The notes: generated from the letters alone by a model not told the origin. A DNA stretch of 64,000 bases from Camelus dromedarius (GCF_036321535.1 NC_087436.1:23872001-23936000), one strand, 5' to 3'; positions 50,911-63,957 are shown, counted from the stretch's first letter. Translations and numbers: made by a program.

Positions 50911-50990
50911 TTTGCTAAGAGGAGAGTCTATAGCTGAATTTCATGTGCTTGTCCACTCTCTAAAGCCCTAAAAACAGTTGAGAATGACTG
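50815..50990. mobile_element. MER103C-like hAT element containing a (GT)n expansion
   Basis: CTGAAATTGT...(GT)n...GGAGAGTCTATAGCT...AAAAACAGTTGAGAATGACTG; flanked by MIR-like pieces. Confidence 0.6.
50861..50907. repeat. (GT)n microsatellite
   Basis: About 23 units with one interruption. Confidence 0.95.
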
Positions 50991-51199
50991 GGCCACTCTA
51001 AGCCTCTCATTTGTCAGATGAGAAAGCAAAGGTATGAGGAGAAATACCTTTGGGCACACAGTTCTTCTGGGCCAGGGCCAAGGCAGGAAGTCGAGTCTCC
51101 CAGTCCCCAACTTTTTCTGCGACACCTTGCTGCACACTCTATATGGAGATTATGTTACATCCCTGCACACCTAGGGGGCCTGCATCACGTGAGCTGGGT

Positions 51200-51390
51200 G
51201 CAGTGCAACCCATGTGGCGTTTAGAGTCAAGGCCACAAATTGAGATTTGGCCCTGGACTCACCAGTTGGGTGACCCTGGGCAAGGTATTCAATGCTGGCC
51301 TCAGTTTTCTCTTCTGTGAAATTGTGAGGAATAAGAGCTACTCACAGAGTTTTGAGAGGACACAGGGAGATGATGATGCACATGCGTACC
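51200..51390 (+). mobile_element. MIR SINE
   Basis: GGGTGACCCTGGGCAAGGTATTCAA...GCCTCAGTTTTCTCTTCTGTGAAAT. Confidence 0.8.
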
Positions 51391-52019
51391 TGGGTACTTT
51401 ACAACCTGCAAATTGCTGGGGAGTTGGAGCTTTCATCATGGCCCTGGGGGACCTGCAGTAGGGGAGGCACAGTGGAGACGTGTGGCAGCATTAGGTTCAG
51501 CTACCACCTTGTATACACCAGACATCTCCAGCCTCCACCAGAGCCAGCCTCCCTGTGCTAATTAGTCCTCTCCACTGGTTTGATAGCAAAACACGGTCAT
51601 TAACTTACACATCTCCCAAACACCTGCTGACAAGCATTCTCTTTATGATGCTATACCTAGGAAAAAGAACATATAATTCTTAGAACTTCATAATAGGGGT
51701 TCTGTTTTTGTTTTGTTTTGCTTTATAAAAATTTTTTCCAAAAAGAAATGGTATGCTGTAACATTGGAAGGATTGTGATAAACTATGTTTTTTTTTTTTA
51801 AAGAAGTCTTTTGAAACTTTTTTTTTTAAAACTATCTGGCAGTACTGCATTTTAAATTGGTCCAAAAACTTCATAGAGAGTTCACCAATTCATACTATTA
51901 AGCATCTTGGAAAAGCCACAAATCTAGGTATTTGAGAAGGAAATATTTATGAAGAGGAGTAGTTGTATATTCATTTAACACTACTTGCTATAGAGTACAA
52001 TTAGACATTTCTGTTATTT

Positions 52020-52260
52020 AGGTAATAATACCTCACATTTGAAAAGTGCTATTTAGTTTCCAAAGCACTTTTACAACATTATATTTAATGTAAAAATACG
52101 CATTTTATTTAATGCTCTCAACAGTCCTGTTAAGAAGGAATGGTTATCCTCATTTTTAAAATGAAGGAATGGAGGTTGACTGGCTGGAGACCCACACTTA
52201 GCATCAGCAGGGCTGGGACTTGACCCCACTCTTCGGACATCCATCCCTCTCTCAGAAGCT
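52020..52260 (-). mobile_element. MIR SINE
   Basis: TAATAATACCTCACATTTG...CAAAGCACTTT...TTATCCTCATTTTTAAAATGAAGGAATGGAGG. Confidence 0.75.
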
Positions 52261-52635
52261 GCAGCGTCACTGGGAAGACTCTGGTCCTATAACAAATGAT
52301 TATACTCAACTTGATTTTTTAAAAGAATATGATTTTTTTGCAATTTGTATCATTCCAATATATTGAGTCAAAGGAAACATGGAGAATTACTCAGAGGATG
52401 AATGAACAAAAGGAAAAATAATAAGGCAAAGCCAAGGTAATGAAAAGAGGACAGGCATAGTAGAAGGCAAAAAGAAGTGAGTTGTTCATGGGAAAACAAA
52501 CAGTGAACAAACTCAACAGCAACCTCAACAGAGAAAAGCAATAGGGAAGCAGGGAGAGAGAAATGAGCACAATGGCAGACAAACACCCAGCTGTCGCCAG
52601 GCACTCTGGGGAGACAGGCGCATTAGGGATGTATA

Positions 52636-52832
52636 CAGTCAGTCGTCCCTCAGTATCCACAGGGGACTGGTTCCAGGACCCGCTGAATACCAAAATCCTC
52701 GATACTCAAGTCCCTTCTATAAAATGGCATAGTACCTTTGGCCCTCTGTATCTGGGGGCTCCAAATCCACCCAGAGATCCAAAGTTGGTTGAATCTGCAG
52801 ATTTGGACCCCTTGGATACAGAGGGCCGACTA
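52636..52832. mobile_element. MER2/Tigger-type TcMar DNA transposon (deletion derivative)
   Basis: TIRs CAGTCGTCCCTCAGTATCC and GGATACAGAGGGCCGACT, flanking TA dinucleotides, MER2 internal CTCAAGTCCCTTCTATAAAATGGCATAGTA. Confidence 0.9.
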
Positions 52833-53649
52833 TATGATCTTCCAGTAGGAGATTCTGGTCAGTTTACGAACGAACTAGCTCATTTCAAATGTCCCCCGTG
52901 ATAGGATATCTTGAGGCTTATCTATCCTGCACTCTACGTACCCCATCCAGGACCAGCTGGATCCCAGTGGGCTGGAGAGTTTGAGCTCCCTTGCTCACTA
53001 GTACCTGGGATTGGAAAGTAGAGTGATGCTGATCTGAGCCCTAAGATTGAAACTTGTTGCTTAGCAAAAGAGAACCTTGGTGTTTAGAAATAACCAGACC
53101 ACAATTCTCTGAACCACACACCCAGCGTCATCCTGAAAAGGGCAGTCTGTCTGTCCATCTGGCCCCTTTCTGCCCAGGTCACAAGGGCATCTGGGGAGCC
53201 TAGACCTGCTGTAACCTGCTCTGTACTTGGGAATTAACTCTGTACAAGACTGTACTCCTTCCTGTTTACTATCGTTTCTTCCTTTTGAACAACTTTCACA
53301 CTTCAGTTCTTTGCTCTGCTCCTGGTAGTAAGCATCGTTGCTGTGAAATTTCCAAAGATGTGGACATGAACAGAGATGTGTATACATGCCCCCTGGTTCC
53401 TGCTCCCTTACACTCAGTCGTCCCTTGGATGCTGACCCAAGTCAAAAATCCATCCTCAATTTAACCATCTTCCCGCAGACAGATTTGTCATGGCCTTCCT
53501 TTCGGTGGAGAAAGTCCACTATTCCTGAGCCTGTGGTTTAAGCTCCTCCTCTGCCCCCTCCCCTGTCCCTACTCCCACCTCAGGGCTTCGGCACCCCAGC
53601 AGCAATGCAGCTGAACCCTGCCCTGGGGCAAATCACCTTATTTGGAGAG

Positions 53650-53808
53650 TAGGGTTGCCAGATTTAGAAAACAAACAAAAACAAGAAGCCTGGTTAAATT
53701 TGAATTTTAGATAAATAATAAACATTTTTAGTATATGTGTGTGTTAGTATAAGTTGTTTGTCTGAAATTCAGACTTAACTGAGTCCTATATTTTATCTGG
53801 CAGCTCCC
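53650..53808. mobile_element. MER53 palindromic hAT MITE
   Basis: AGGGTTGCCAGAT...GTTAAATTTGAATTTTAGATAAA and TTGTTTGTCTGAAATTCAGACTTAACTG...ATCTGGCA inverted arms. Confidence 0.88.
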
Positions 53809-55233
53809 CTCGGGAGAGCACTCAGTGCCCTTCCAGGAAGAGGTCTGGAGATGGTCAGAGCCCTGTGCTGCAGAGGGTCTTTGCCATGGAAACCGGCCTG
53901 TCCTGTGGTGGGCTCCTAGGTCCCTTAGAAGCTGGCCTGTTTCTAAGAACGAAGCAGATTCCACTTGATCTTTCAGGCCCAGACCCATCTGAGGCCCAGG
54001 GAGCACCAAACCAGATCCCTCAAAAATCTTCCCACCTAGTTGCAGTTCTTTCCAAGTATCCAACTCTTTTTATTTTTCTCTCTGCCAGGATTTCCTGCAA
54101 CTTTCCAAATAAGGCCCCAAAACATTGCAGATAATTCAAACAATTTGCCTACCCTGTCTCCTCAACAGGATTACTGGTTGCAAAATAAATGAAATCAGTG
54201 TTGTTTACAACTCATCATCCAAAATTATTACTCATTTTGGGCAAATGGCTGTTGGTAAAACTAGTCTGCCATATTTTGAATCATTCTTTTCCATTCCTTT
54301 CAAAACTAAAGCTGACTTTGCATTTTCAAATGAAAACAAATCTTAAGCCTTTCGGATTCTTTCTGTTTTGTCCTTTGTGGGCTCGCACGCAGGCTTCTGT
54401 GCAACTCTCTCTGGGGACTGTGGGACTCTGTCTTTCACGGAAGAGGGCACAGGTGATCATTAAACAAAGCTAGGCGTAAAAATGCCCTTCTTCCAGTTCA
54501 ACTTGCACCAGGAAGCATTTAAAAATATTTACTGTAGGTGGTACATGTAACATTAAAAAAAAGTACCTGCTGTTAAAGTCTGAAAGAAATAATAAGAAGA
54601 GCTACTCTTTTCCAAAATTAAAATAATCTTTGGCATAGATTTAACCCTATAATAATATATGCTCTTTAGTATGGTGGAAGAACAAATACAATCTTCCACA
54701 GTGCAGTTACGTTTTACACAAAGATTTACACTTTCTTCTTGATATTATAAATATTTGGTCTCATATTCCCCTTTTCCTCCTATTTCCCTTACTTCTCCTG
54801 AAACTTGAAAGGGTAAATATTAAAGTGCATTTGCTTCTGTTTAAATATGAGTCACAGGGCTTACCAGGAGCCCTCCCCTCTGGAAAAATAGGTGTAAAGT
54901 CCTGCAGTTGAAATCAACTGTAGCCGCACTTGGTCCTCACTTGATGTGGCAGAGAACTGCTTGATGCAGAAGTCCAGTCTCAGTTTCTTTAGAACAGAAG
55001 ACCTGGATCATTTCAACCTGGAGAAAAGAGGACTGAAGCTCCATTCTGTCTTCCTTCCCTTCCCCTGCCCCAGTCTCATCCTGCTTCTAGTTTAAAAGCT
55101 TCATTTCTTATTTCCTTACATGAAGCTGATAATGTACCATCATATGAGGACAAAAAGAGTTAAGTGCCTTCCTTGGATTTTCAAGTTTCCCTCCCACTGC
55201 CCAGGGTTTAAATTAACCAGCCATTTTTCCTCA

Positions 55234-55238
<5 letters not shown>

Positions 55239-55266
<28 letters not shown>
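55239..55266. repeat. (CA)14 microsatellite
   Basis: Perfect dinucleotide run. Confidence 0.95.
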
Positions 55267-55268
<2 letters not shown>

Positions 55269-56829
55269 CACACTCTATCTGTGAACATTTGTCTAGTTAT
55301 TTTCTGAGTTCAGTTGTTTTAACCTTGAAAGTAGAATAGCCACCTTTATCATTAGGAAATTTGTAGCATTAGGTGATGTCAGGGGAGTTTTCCTGGCAAA
55401 GATCACTTGAATGGTTGAGCCTAAACAAATAGAAAATAGTTATAACTCATGGAAGTGATTCCATTTGGAAGAAGGCGGTCATTTATGGATGTGTAGTACT
55501 TCACACACAAGATGGGCCCTACTCACCTACAAACATAAAGATCATGCTTTTGAATGTTCTCTCACCCAGGCTTGAAACCTGGGGGAGCAGGGGTTACAAC
55601 AAGGCTGGATGGGCTCGGAATGCTCTCATTACCCCGGTACAGAGAAGAAAGCCCTGGAAAGAAACTCAGAACCTTACCCATAGTTGAGACTGCTTTAACT
55701 GCCTAAACTAATTACTCATAGAGCAAGAGATTCAGCTGTTTTTAATCTGCCCAGTTCAGATAAAGAGATAAACTTATTAGGTATTAAAAATTGTAACATT
55801 TAATGGGTGAAAGTCACAAACAGGCTACGTAGAGGATCAGGATTGAAAAAGAAATGCTTATAGATCCTACTTAAATTGAATAACTTTCCCTATTTTAAAA
55901 GTACGTTACCAAAAGTAGTTTTGTTATTTTCTTTAATTTTGGAGGTGAGGTCTGGACTCAGTTTAGAAATGGCCAGAATGTCAGACTCTGCAGGATTCCA
56001 CTTTCTACACTCAGAGGAAGCAGTATTTTTGTGGTACTGGCCCGGATCCGTCTTACCTCAAAGACTATAAGTGATGTGACACTGTATTTGGGAGATTCCT
56101 GGGATAAAGAGCATCAGGAAGGCGCATCATGACCAGTGGTCAGTGGGCTCGACCGTAAAAAGCCACAGCAGGGAACAGCTATGGCCTTTATGGACTTTAT
56201 CGTTTGGTTATTACACTTTACGATAAGTAAGATGTGGGCTACAAAAGGCAAGAAAATTCGGGGTTTTTTACTCATGTTTCATACCCTACATTCAATATTT
56301 CTGAGAGGTTTAAAGGAGACATTTTAAACTAACCCCTTTTAAAAATTCATTATAGTTTGAACTAATTTGTGAAAAGAGTAGCATTGTTATCTGCATTTTA
56401 AAGATAGATGTGGAGCCTCCTGGAGGTAGATAAGTACTTTCCATGTAGCGGAACTACGGAAAAGTCTAAAGCTTGGTCCCAGGTGTAGTTGGGCCCATGC
56501 CTTTCAATTCTAACAACTGCAGTACAGTTGTAACAGAAGCGGTTACTGAAGGTGATTAGCAAACCGGCTAACATTTTGTGCCCATCCCTGTAAAGTAATG
56601 TCCAACAACTTTGGATATTGAGCTGTGTGCAGAGTTTAGCTCTGTCTAGGGTTAGGGGTAGAATGTCAGCAATAACAGGCACTTTGAGAATCTTTGGATT
56701 CGGTTGGATTGAACCATATGAAGGTGCTAACATTCAACTTGTTTGAGCTACAGAAATGGCAGTTTCATATGACTCAATGCATACCACTCATTTTAAATTT
56801 TTGGCACCAAGTCACAAAAAGAATAGGTG

Positions 56830-57595
56830 AATTTTTTTGTATTTTATTAAGAAAAGTGTTAAACGAAACAAGTATTGAGGAACTCCTACAATGAACTCCT
56901 AGATACGTGCCACCCCAATTCAGTTATCAAGATGCTGTCACCCTTCCTTCACTGATCCTGCCACCCTTTTTTTGTGCTGAAATATCTTAAGTAAATTCTA
57001 AACCTCGGTCACTTTGCCCCTACGTTGTAAATATATATATATATATGTATATATGTGTATATATATAATCAATTCTAAAAGATGAATATTTTCTTATGTA
57101 ACCACAATCTCATTATCACAGCTAAAATTATTAGTAATTGCTTAGTCTATACAAACATGGCCTTAAAAGTGTCTTTTATGGTTGGTTTCATGGTTGGCCA
57201 TGATCCATAGTCCCCCTGTGGGATTTAGGTGTTACATCTTTAAGTCTCTTTGCGGGGTGGGGGTTGGTGGGGAGGGGGAAGCACATTTATTTCATTTATT
57301 CTTTTTTTCCCTCTTGCTGAAATGTTTTTAAAGCAAATTCTAACTACAGTTGAATTTGCTCTCTACTTCTCCACGTGGCCCCTGGCCAGCCAGCACTGCC
57401 CTCGCTGGGAGGATGCCCCTTTCCACCAAGGATGTGCTGTTTGGATTAAGTCTCTTTTTAAAAAATCTAGAACAGTACATCCCCTCGCCTCCTTTTTATT
57501 ATATCCCCTCGACTTGTTGAAGAAACTAGATCAGTTGTCCAATGTTACATTCTAGGTTTATCTCTTCACTGCCACATGACGTTTTTTAGCTTAAA
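56830..57595 (-). mobile_element. L1MC4/5-like 3' end with internal (TA)n and an insertion
   Basis: ACAATGAACTCC...ATATTTTCTTATGTAACCACAAT...CATTATCACA...AATCTAGAACAGT...TTGAAGAAACTAGATCAGTTGTCC. Confidence 0.75.
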
Positions 57596-57894
57596 GAGAA
57601 CCTAACCATGGCCTTTCACTCCGCTCTCCTGACCCCAAGACCAGTGCCTCACAACACATCCACAGCACGATCGTGCTGACACCGGCAGAACCCAGATAGA
57701 TGGCCAGGACCACCCCTCGACTGGACTCTGATTATAGATATCAGCATGTGTGTGTATGTATGTATGTCTATTGTGGTTTTATTACTTTAAAATAATGCTA
57801 ACTTAAGTTGAAGTAAACTATAAAACTGTGAAGTTTCACATGACATTATTTTCTTCAATTACAAGAACAAATTGAAAGCTGCAGTTTCAAGCAG

Positions 57895-58105
57895 TCTAGT
57901 CTGGAGCACCTGCACTGGGCCAGGCCCTTGGACATTACACTTTTAGGCATCACAATAAGCCTGTGAATCAGCAGCCTCACTTTACAGATGAGAAACTTGA
58001 ATGTAAGGAAAATGAAGTAATCTGCCTAAGGCTCTCTGGATCCGAGTTCATAGGTGTAAAACAGTATCTGCTAACCCAACTACCGAGCCTTTGTGCTAAT
58101 CACCA
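57895..58105 (-). mobile_element. MIR SINE
   Basis: GAGCACCT...GCCAGGC...CTCACTTTACAGATGAGAAACTTGA...AAGTAATCTGCCTAAGG. Confidence 0.7.
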
Positions 58106-60782
58106 TTCATTCATTCATTCATTCTTGCTATGTCCCGGGCATTACACTTGGCTTTGGTGAATATCCTGCCTCTTTTGATCTGTGATCATTTTAAAGCATT
58201 ATATATTGTAGCCTTTTTATAATTGCTACTGGTGAAGAACAGAGCTAGCCTCTGCCTTCTGGCTTCCTATTCTAATATTAAGTGTTTGCTACAGTTTCTG
58301 AAAGGGTGAGCTAAACCATGGCCTGGAAATCCTTGTTGGCTTGTTCATGTTTTTTGTTTTTTTTTTTAACACATTTGTGTAACTATATTTTCCATTATAA
58401 TGGACCAATTCCTTTAGAGTTTGGAGCCACACAGAGCTCACACCTGCAGGAAACTCTGATAAGGTAGTAACTCCAGCCTGGAGGACTTCTAACTGCTGCT
58501 TGAAAGGCTTGGAAAGAGGGTAGCATCTCTTAAAATCCACGTAGGATCTTCGTACCAGCTGGGCTTCATTTCAGAATCTACTGCTGTCATTACAAAATAG
58601 CTGTTTTCTCTTTAATCTGTGTGCCACATTGCAGCAATTTTCATCAAAAATATATTAAGCCCCTGCTGTAAATTGGCCCCACATACCCTTGTCAGACACG
58701 TGAAGCGGAAAATATCTTCTTTTTTCAAAGTTTTTCCTCTCTCTAAAGCCCTCGCAGATACCAGCACTTCCTAAAGCCTCATGAGAGTCCATCATGTCTG
58801 TAAGCCAAGGATTATAACGCAAAATGAATCTGATTCAATGTCAGAGACTGATATTATCCTTTGTTTGTTAAAAAAAAAAAGAAGAAAATTACAGAAAAGG
58901 CATTGTAGAAGAAAAAATAAAGCCGCTCCATTTCCATGTCTGATGAACTAACTGTCTGCCCAATAGAAACTAGTTTCCAGCCTCAGAGAAGAGGTTTCCA
59001 TGTGCTCCCTGACACCCTATCCAAACACGGGCGTCGTAGACACCCGGGCGGGAGAACACACAGTCTCGCTTAGACGGGGCAGGTAGGTGGGCGCGTGGAG
59101 TGGGCGTGTCTGCCTGCATGAAGGAGAGAATCTGCCTTTCTGCACGCTGAGAAGCGTGGGAACACACAGTGGACTGCTCTCTCCTAGAGTAACTCAGGAT
59201 CCCCCAGAAGTGTTTTCCATCCCGACAGCAGCACTACCGCGTGTTGTAAGTGGCGGCGTCAGCTTGAAACCTCATCCATGAGGGTCTGCTTAAAAGACCC
59301 AGCCTACAGCCTTCAAGACACTGCACCTCTGTGGTGGGGAGGTTTGTCAGCCTGATGCCCAGAAGCGCTATCTGTGTTATGGAGAAAAGAACAGAGTCCT
59401 TTCCTTCCTAGAAACCGTGACTTGGAATCTTTCTTCCACTTTTTTGGTTTCTTGTAAAAGCGAATACGTGAACTGTGGTGCCTTAACCATTCCCCAGAAG
59501 CACCTAGCACAAAATAGCTTTGACAATTCAACAGGAACTTGTCCCCGATTTTTAAGCCATTCTGATTTCACCCTTAAACTCACTAAAATGCATTCAAAAA
59601 CATTTCATGTATAATATGCATGACGCACAAAGCATGACCCATTCAATTGAATTCAAATTTAGTTGACACCCTTATATTTTTTGTTTTTAAAAGACCACAG
59701 ACACAAGTCTACATTTTAAGGAGCAGCCAAAGTTACTTGCTTTCCTTTTCTGTAAAATGTCTGTGAAATTCAGCATTATACTAGGGTGGTTGTTGGCTTA
59801 GTATTTTTTTATTACTATTATTAATGCAATTTCAAGTTAGTCTTCCAGGCTTCCCTGAATTTCAGGATGGATTATTGACATATGTGACAGGTACGATGCA
59901 AATCTTTCATCGCTTCCCCTGTGCTGTCTCACCTAACTTTGTGCGCCTGCCCTTTCTGAGCCCTGGGGAAGCAGCAATATAACTTCTGTCTCAAGTCACT
60001 TTCTAAGAGAGATAACTATATTGGGGAGGCAGAATGATTATCCTGGAAAACTTCAGCTATTTGGGAGTTTCTCCGTGTCATTGCCATGAATTCTTACCTT
60101 CTTTCAGAAAACAAGCCTTCAGGGCAGGCAGCGTCTTGGCACCTGACCCCAGTCTATTCAGCAGTGTGAAGACAGGGATAATCTTGGCTCCACTGAGGAG
60201 CAAAGGCTGTTGCAGTGCCAGCAGTGAGAGGAGAAGACAGATGTGCTCCTCCAGCATAGGACACAGATGTGCCCTCCCACCTCGAGCTACATTTTTGCCA
60301 CAAAACTGGGAGCAGGAGAAGGTAGCATTTTTCCCATGGGAAGTCACTTGGAAAACTGGAAGACAGCTTTTCAGACCAAGTGGAAGCCCAAATTAGGAAG
60401 CCATCTCAGTAAGTCATAGGGGTTCATGTTACAGAGCCAAGGAATTGCTAAGCTGAAGACGGAAGTGGTGGAGTAGACATACAGGCAGGGCCAGGAACAG
60501 AGCAAGGCGAGTAAGGCACCCAGGAGTTCAGTCACGGGCAGCTCGAGTGTGAAGACACTGTCCACCCCATTGGTTGTTTGGGTTGATGCTGCTGATCCAG
60601 CCAGCTGACTCGGTGACTGGCCTCCCTCCTAACCATTCTGCATGCGACCCTCCTGGTACTGCACACCAAGTCAGAGACGAGGACAGCCGTCCCACGTACA
60701 GCATCATTCTTTGGCCAAAGACAGGTGATGACTTAGTCTATGATCTGTCATTTTAAGGAAACACAGCGTTCTGGTTAATCTT

Positions 60783-60883
60783 TTTTTTAATGGAAGTACT
60801 GGGGATTGAACCCAGGACCTCGTGCATGGTAAACACACGCACTGCCGCTGAGCTATATACCCTCCCTCCACAAAGATCAAGCT
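60783..60883 (-). mobile_element. Vic-1-type SINE, short form
   Basis: GGAAGTACTGGGGATTGAACCCAGGACCTCGTGCATG...CTGAGCTATATACCCTCCC; perfect 15-bp TSD GTTCTGGTTAATCTT at 60768-60782 and 60884-60898. Confidence 0.92.
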
Positions 60884-61354
60884 GTTCTGGTTAATCTTAA
60901 TGGAATAACTAGAATACTGAACACTGGGGGGAAAATACTTTACATTAAAATGAAGTAAGTACAATGTAATCTCTATTTGATAATGATTTACATGTTACTT
61001 CAGGATCAGAACAGAGCCGGGGGTCATAGGCACAAACATCAGTTACCCAGGTAGGACTGTTCTTGGGGTACATGAGGACTTTCTGACAAGGAGGTCTGGC
61101 TAATGTTAAAAGATGAGTAGCCAAGATGTGCAGTGCAATTTGTTTTTTCTTTTTCCTTCAAATTAGGAAAGAAATGTATTCTCAGCACACAGCTGTAGTA
61201 CTGTTGTTCTAGGGTTGTGCCCCACCAGGAAACACTCTAGGTGGAACCTGCAGACATCTTCCTGTAGATGCTTGCTAATAGCACATGAATAACCTATGCG
61301 AGAATGTGTATAATACCCTCTGCGGTTGAAGAGCACATTTCTGGACTCAGATCG

Positions 61355-61900
61355 TGTCTAAGCTAGGTTCTTTGGTAGAAAGCAGTAGAAACCAACTCAG
61401 GTGAACTGAAGGCCCAAAAAAGTATCGGAAAGCTAGCTGTAAGGTAGCGCACAGATTCCAGAATGCTGGAGAACCATGGAAAAGCATGAGAATAAGGGCA
61501 ACTCTGGGGCTCTTTTAACAGGAAGTGGTATTTAGGCTTTTAGGATGCCACCACCAGAATGAGTCAACTCCAGCTGTTTTGGTTTTTTTTTTTTTTTAAA
61601 TGGAGGTACTGGGGACCCAGGACCTCAAGCACGCTCTCTACCACTGAGCTATACCCACCCCCACCAACTCCAAGTGTTTTCCATCCTTGCATCCATCTGC
61701 TTGAGACTCAAAGACCAGGGAGAGAGTGTCTGCTTGGCCAGTGGATCATATGCAGACAGACACCTTGGAGACAGGTGTACTGGGCACCTTAACCTGACAG
61801 TTCCACCAAGTTGGTGGAACTCTGGCTCTGCAAGAGGTAATTAGGGTACCAGTACCAAAAGGGAGGTTACAGAAACTAACATCAATACATGTCCTCTACC
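61355..61900 (-). mobile_element. old MLT1 (L/M/N-like) MaLR LTR, split by a SINE
   Basis: TAGGTTCTTTGGTAGAAAGCAGTAGAAACCAACTCAGG...CAGGGAGAGAGTGTCTGCTTGGCCAG...ATGTCCTCTAC. Confidence 0.65.
61581..61664 (-). mobile_element. Vic-1-type SINE, short form with internal deletions
   Basis: poly(T)-AAATGGAGGTACTGGGGACCCAGGACCTCAAGCACGCTCTCTACCACTGAGCTATACCC; 14/16 TSD at 61565-61580 and 61665-61680. Confidence 0.88.
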
Positions 61901-62644
61901 GAGATGTCCCACAGCCACTCTGAGTCTTCGGGTTCATGCATCTGATGTGAGCAGGTGGGGTTAGTGCTTTTTCCATGCATCTATAACTCTTAAGTTTAGG
62001 CCACATGAGTTGGGGGAGGAGGGGTAGCCCAGAGAATATAATTTAATAGGTTGCTCTTATATGAATAAATAGATATCCTTTCTTTGGAGAAGTAAGGATG
62101 GATTCTACCAGGGAGGTAATGCCACTCCTCCTTATTAGCATTCTTAAAGAAAATAGTTCTATCAGAGGAACAATTCCACCATTCAAAGAAATGTTAATAG
62201 TGTTAGTAGCTTCTAAAAATCTTGTAACAAACAAAAAGACAGGCTTTTGGCATAGTCTGGCACTGAGTACATTGCATTAATCTTTAGTCTTCTTGCTATC
62301 TGGGTGACTTATATATACAAAGTGCGTGACATTTTTAATGCTTTATATCTGAAAATACAATCCAGAACAGAAAAGCTTGTGTAATCTTGGTTAATTCACT
62401 TAAACTCTGTGCAGTTGTGAGATAGTATTATTGTAGAATGTTGTAATTCATAGTATATTCATTTATAAGGAACAGAAAGAACTCAGTGTTGAACAGAATT
62501 TCTTTCCTTAATATTTTAAACCTGAATTGGTGTTAGGACATCAGCTTAAATCTTTGTTCCAAAATCATCTACCCTGTGTTAAATATGCTCTTTGTAAAGG
62601 ATACCATTTGCCCGTTGTTAAGGGAGGCTTGAGTACACTCACAA

Positions 62645-63360
62645 TAGACATGTCCACATCCTTCCATGCCTTTTGCATCGCCCTCCTCCTTTCAATGTTC
62701 ACCAACATTGCCCTGGTTAAGGTTGTACAGTATCTTTGAAGTAACCTCCCCTCTGATCTCCAATACTTCCTCTTTCTAAGACTCCTTTAAAAAATTGATT
62801 ACATGTCACTTCTTTGGTCAGAAAACTTGGATGGCCTCCCAATACTTCAGACTAAAATAAAAACTTCTTACATGACATTCAAAGCCCTAAAGACTCAGAT
62901 TCCAAGCTCCCATCCAGGCCTTGCCCCGGCTGCATCTTTACATCTCCCCACATCTGGTCTCACTGGACCACCGGCAGCCCACACCCAGACTGGATTTGCC
63001 TGCTCTTCACCTTTCTTAGTTCACAAGATTCCCTCTGTCTAGACTGTATATTTCCCTCTGCCCACCCTTGCTATGAAATGCTACCCTTCAAGGCTCAGTT
63101 CAGATAACTTTTGTGAAGCCTTCCCTGGTTCAGGCCACTTCATCCTGCCCCCTCATCAATTGTAATCCTCCCAACGTTTCTGCAGGAGACTGTGTGGTCC
63201 TCTCTTACAATATTTGACATATTCTGCCTTATATTATTTTCGGTTGTGTGATGAAAGCTCCTTTAAAGGAAAAACCATATTTCACAGCATTTCGCCTCCC
63301 CTTTGGCACTTAGTCAACTGCCTTTCACATAGTAGACTCAACAAATGAAATAAATTGGAC
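62645..63360 (+). mobile_element. L2 LINE 3' part
   Basis: CATGTCACTTC...ATGGCCTCCCA...ATGACATTCAAAGCCCT...CCTTCAAGGCTCAGTTCA...GAAGCCTTCCCTG...CACATAGTAGACTCAACAAATG. Confidence 0.8.
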
Positions 63361-63449
63361 TATATTTAAAAGAATTGTACTTGATGATCTCTAAGGCCAC
63401 TTTCTAGCATTAAAAAGTCTTGGTTATATGAAGTAAACCTAAGCCAACT

Positions 63450-63956
63450 CTTTCTGAATTGGTAAAAATTAGATACAGCTGCAAAAACAGAGGTTCCCCA
63501 CCCCCATCCTCGCCTCCTCACTCCCACAATAGTGATTTAAAAATACCATAGTTTATTTTTCTTTCTCATAAAAGAAGTACAGGAGTATGCAGTCCAGGGC
63601 TAGAGTGGCAGCTTCAGAAAGTCAAGAACTCAGGCTTCTTCCAGCTCTCTACTGTGCCATCCCTAGGTTTCGGCCCTTGAGGTCTGTAATGGCTTCTAGA
63701 GCTCCAGCCATCACAAAAGAGTTCCAGGTAAAACTTTCAAGAACAGAAGAGCCCTCTTTGAAGAAAATCTCCGAGAAGCTCCACCCATACTTTCCCTTAC
63801 ATCTTACTTACTTGCATCACTTACATCACTTAGTGTCTTGGCCACCTTTATCTGCAAGAGAAGTTGGGGATTATAGCTTTTTAGCTGGACAGCAGTGGGC
63901 CCAGTTAAAAATGGAGAAAATGGATACTTGATAGGCAACTAGTAATCTTAGCTGCA
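63450..63956 (-). mobile_element. MLT1J-like MaLR LTR
   Basis: GCAGTCCAGGGCT...CAGGCTTCTTCCAGCT...AGCTCCAGCCATCAC...GGCCAC...CTGCAAGAGAAGTTGGGGA...ATGGATA...TAGGCAACTAG. Confidence 0.8.
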
Positions 63957-63957
63957 T

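Noticed and set aside
835..63931. All ORFs in the supplied six-frame track (60-155 aa)
   Set aside because: Short, many start at TTG/GTG, many lie in repeats or microsatellites, and none resembles a protein family I recognise; expected background for mammalian non-coding DNA.
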